Source: Amoebidium appalachense (taxonomy: Eukaryota > Protista > Ichthyosporea). Taken from it: a DNA stretch of 64,000 bases. The notes below the pieces were generated by a model. That model saw only the letters and a list, made by a program, of their open reading frames with translations. It did no database searches and was not told the origin of the DNA. Of this stretch, positions 61,215-64,000 are shown piece after piece (the stretch's first letter is position 1; every line of letters starts with the position of its first letter). The translations under genes were made by a program, and so were the position numbers. Where the stretch lies: contig CAVNZM010000013.1 of the NCBI GenBank assembly GCA_963693365.1, forward strand, positions 4,492,722-4,556,721, written 5' to 3'.

Positions 61215-61306
<92 letters not shown>

Positions 61307-62390
61307 ATGTGTGTGTGTGGAGGGGGGGGGGGGGGAGAGGGGGGGGGAGGTGGGGGGGGAGGGGGGAGGAGGATGGGGGGGGGGGGGGGGGGGGGGGGGA
61401 GGGGTTGGATAAAACGAAGACACAGTGATGTACACAGACACACACAAGGTTTAGAGGAAGTTCACAGATGGCTAAGCCTTGGCACGTCGGTTGAAGGTTT
61501 TTCAAATATTACGTCGGTTGAAGGTTTTTCAAATGTTTTTCTAATTTTTGTTTTTGTTTGTAAAGTTTTTGAAAAGCCCCGATATATCACATTTGTGTTA
61601 CTTTTCACACCGTCTAGATGGCAGCACTGCCATCCCACTGATACATACCGGCTCTACCTATATATTTACATTGGTAAAGTGATTTACGACGGTCACCGTT
61701 ACACTAAACAAATACTTATCTGCAGTTTTCCCCAAATATTCCGCATTTGTAGACATATTATCTGAAAAAAACCAAAACCTCACGTAAACTCTATAGATAT
61801 ATCTAATGAGGTTTCCAAAAATATCTCGAGGGTTATACTTGAACCTTCGATAGAGTGGCCACGGCAGGGGTTTGATAAACACAACCTTAAACTTCTATGT
61901 ACAGATAGACAGCAAAACAGAAAAATGAACATAGTATATCCTAATACTGAGAAAGGTTTTTACTTCATTATATATATCTCATAAACGAGCACATGATGAT
62001 CATAGCTATCTATGCACTTCTAGGGCATGCTATTTAGCTAAATTTGGTGATGTATTACATTCACCAACGAACAAAAACGGACAATGCAAACGGTATATTG
62101 ATTAAATCATACTAAAGTTTCCAAGCTGCATTGTATTAGTATATTATTTAATGTATCCGACCAATTTTGCTCATGGTATGTACCGGAATTGCAGTGTTGA
62201 GCTCCGAGAGTGTTGATGGGATATCTAAACTTAAATCTTTGAAAGTATCTACCTACGATATTACAAGGGATATGCCTAAACGTTAGAAATCTGATACACC
62301 GTCTAGCTCCAAGCAACATGCCTCCCCTCCTCCTCCCCTCCCCCTCCCCCCCCCCCCCCTCCCCCCACTACCCTCTCCCCCCTCCCTTCC

Positions 62391-62423
<33 letters not shown>

Positions 62424-62467
62424 AAGAACTCTTCCAATTATTTCCTCGAGCCTGTTAAGCGCCATAC

Positions 62468-62753
62468 TTGATTGGAAAACCGGGTGGTGTAGTCCAGTTG
62501 GGCATATGGGCGGAGGTAAGCAGCCTTACGTAAGGGGGTGACCTGATTGGCTGCTGGTCACGTGGGGATAGCTCTGGTCTCTGAGTGGATGCACGATGTG
62601 ACCTGGCTCCTGCACGCCTCTGACGCTTAAACACCTATATAATATTTTTTTTAATTTAGTAAGGGGGGGGGGGGGGGGGGGTGGAGGGGGGAAGGGAGAT
62701 GGGTAAAGGGGTGGGGGAAAGGGGGGGGGGGAGGCCTAGGGGAGAGGGGGGAG

Positions 62754-62788
<35 letters not shown>

Positions 62789-63173
62789 ATGATGACCGAG
62801 TCTGAAATATGGAGAAACAGGAGCTAGAAGGTCATAACGAGGGGGGAGGAGTTGGGGGACGAGGGTGGGGGGGTTGAATGTCTGTACGATTGAAAAATTC
62901 ATTTTCTATGTCCTCTTACTTTCTTCTATTTTCTTTCTTTTCTCTCTCTTCCTCTTTTTTTTTTCTTTTTTTTTGTGTGTGTGTGTTGGGGGAAGGGGGG
63001 GGGGCGAGGAGGGGGGGGAGGGGGGACCCTGTATATAAATTGGCTGTGTTTTTATCATGGGGTGTTGGTACTTCCACCAGGGTGAGGGGGGGAAGGGGAA
63101 GGGGGGGGGGGGGGGGGGGGGGGGGGGCTGGGCTGAAGGTGGCAGTTGAGCGCATGTGTGCGTGTATGTTTTT

Positions 63174-63234
<61 letters not shown>

Positions 63235-63576
63235 GGGGGGGCGGGGAGGGAGGGGGGGAGGGGGGAAAGGGGGAAGTGCTGGGTTGGTAAGTGGCTTAAA
63301 GGGAGGGACATTATGCGGATAGTGTGTATGTGTGAGCCTTTCTGGGTGGTGACACATCATTCTGCGCCGGGGTGGGGGGGGGGGGGGGGAGGGGAGGGGG
63401 GGGGGGGGGGGGGGAGAGGGGGGGGGGGGGGGGGGAGGGGGGGGGGGTCTATGTACCTGTGTGTTTCGTTTGAGGCTGAGGGGTCGTGGTCTGGAGTGCA
63501 CCCTCTGGTAAAGGGCACAGGCATTGCACAGCTTGCTGCCGTCAGGACGGGTGCGCCAGATGGACGTGGCGCTGGT
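62468..63576 (-). CDS. GATA zinc-finger transcription factor, two internal exons (gene extends beyond the window)
   Basis: Exon 63576-63457 (cag|...|gtac) encodes TSATSIWRTRPDGSKLCNACALYQRVHSRPRPLSLKRNTQ. Exon 62634-62468 (tag|...|gtatgg) continues VFKRQRR..., the basic tail of a GATA domain. The first CxxC was not found in the window; downstream exons are unresolved. Confidence 0.88.
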
Positions 63577-64000
63577 CTGTGGCCAATGGGTGGAAATTGT
63601 TAAAATTTAAATTATGTTTGGTATGGAGTGTAGGGAAGAGCGGAAGGTGGGGGGAGGGGGGGGGGGGGGTGGAGGGAAGATGTTATGGCATGAAGTAGTC
63701 TTGCATAGGATAGATAAAGGACATGCGCAAGGAGGTGGGGGGAGGGGGAGAGGGGAGAAGCGAGGAAGGGGCCCCCTCGGGTTTTGGAGGGAGGGGGGGG
63801 GGGGGGGGGGAGGGAAGCGATTGAGAAGTTAGGTGGTGATTTTGGGTTAGAGAAGAACATAATGGTTTCCCAAGTTTGTCGGGGTATAGAGTATGAGGAA
63901 GCCTTTTTGGGGACGAGGGAAGGGATGGGGGGTGGGGTGGGAGGGGGAGGGGGGGAAGGAGGAGACGCCAGGGGAGAAAGCAGTGAGGGGGGTGAGGGGG

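Overview
Eukaryotic genomic DNA with GT-AG spliceosomal introns, extremely rich in (CA)n, (CT)n and poly-C/G tracts. It is probably a unicellular eukaryote; the species cannot be determined from this window. Most listed ORFs are microsatellite artefacts, and several reading-frame breaks sit in homopolymers, so assembly errors are likely. Genes reconstructed by hand: two convergent paralogous 8-TM receptor-like genes with class-C-GPCR-like loop motifs, each with one lesion; a 10-exon OCA6-like pseudophosphatase; a 12-exon PLP-dependent trans-sulfuration enzyme; an intronless single-PQ-loop (SemiSWEET-like) protein with a C-terminal domain; four copies of a 107-aa type-I membrane protein arranged as two head-to-head pairs; and two exons of a GATA zinc-finger gene. 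Mobile DNA: a 9.7-kb 5'-truncated RNase H-bearing LINE with a 15-bp TSD and a ~4-kb in-frame 216-bp tandem array inside ORF2, plus several MITEs, one of them a 41-bp element made only of two TIRs. The most striking observation is a dispersed repeat family abutting poly-C tracts whose diverged copies keep all three hammerhead-ribozyme core strands in a non-circularly permuted (pseudoknotted) order, with pairing-preserving changes in the stems.
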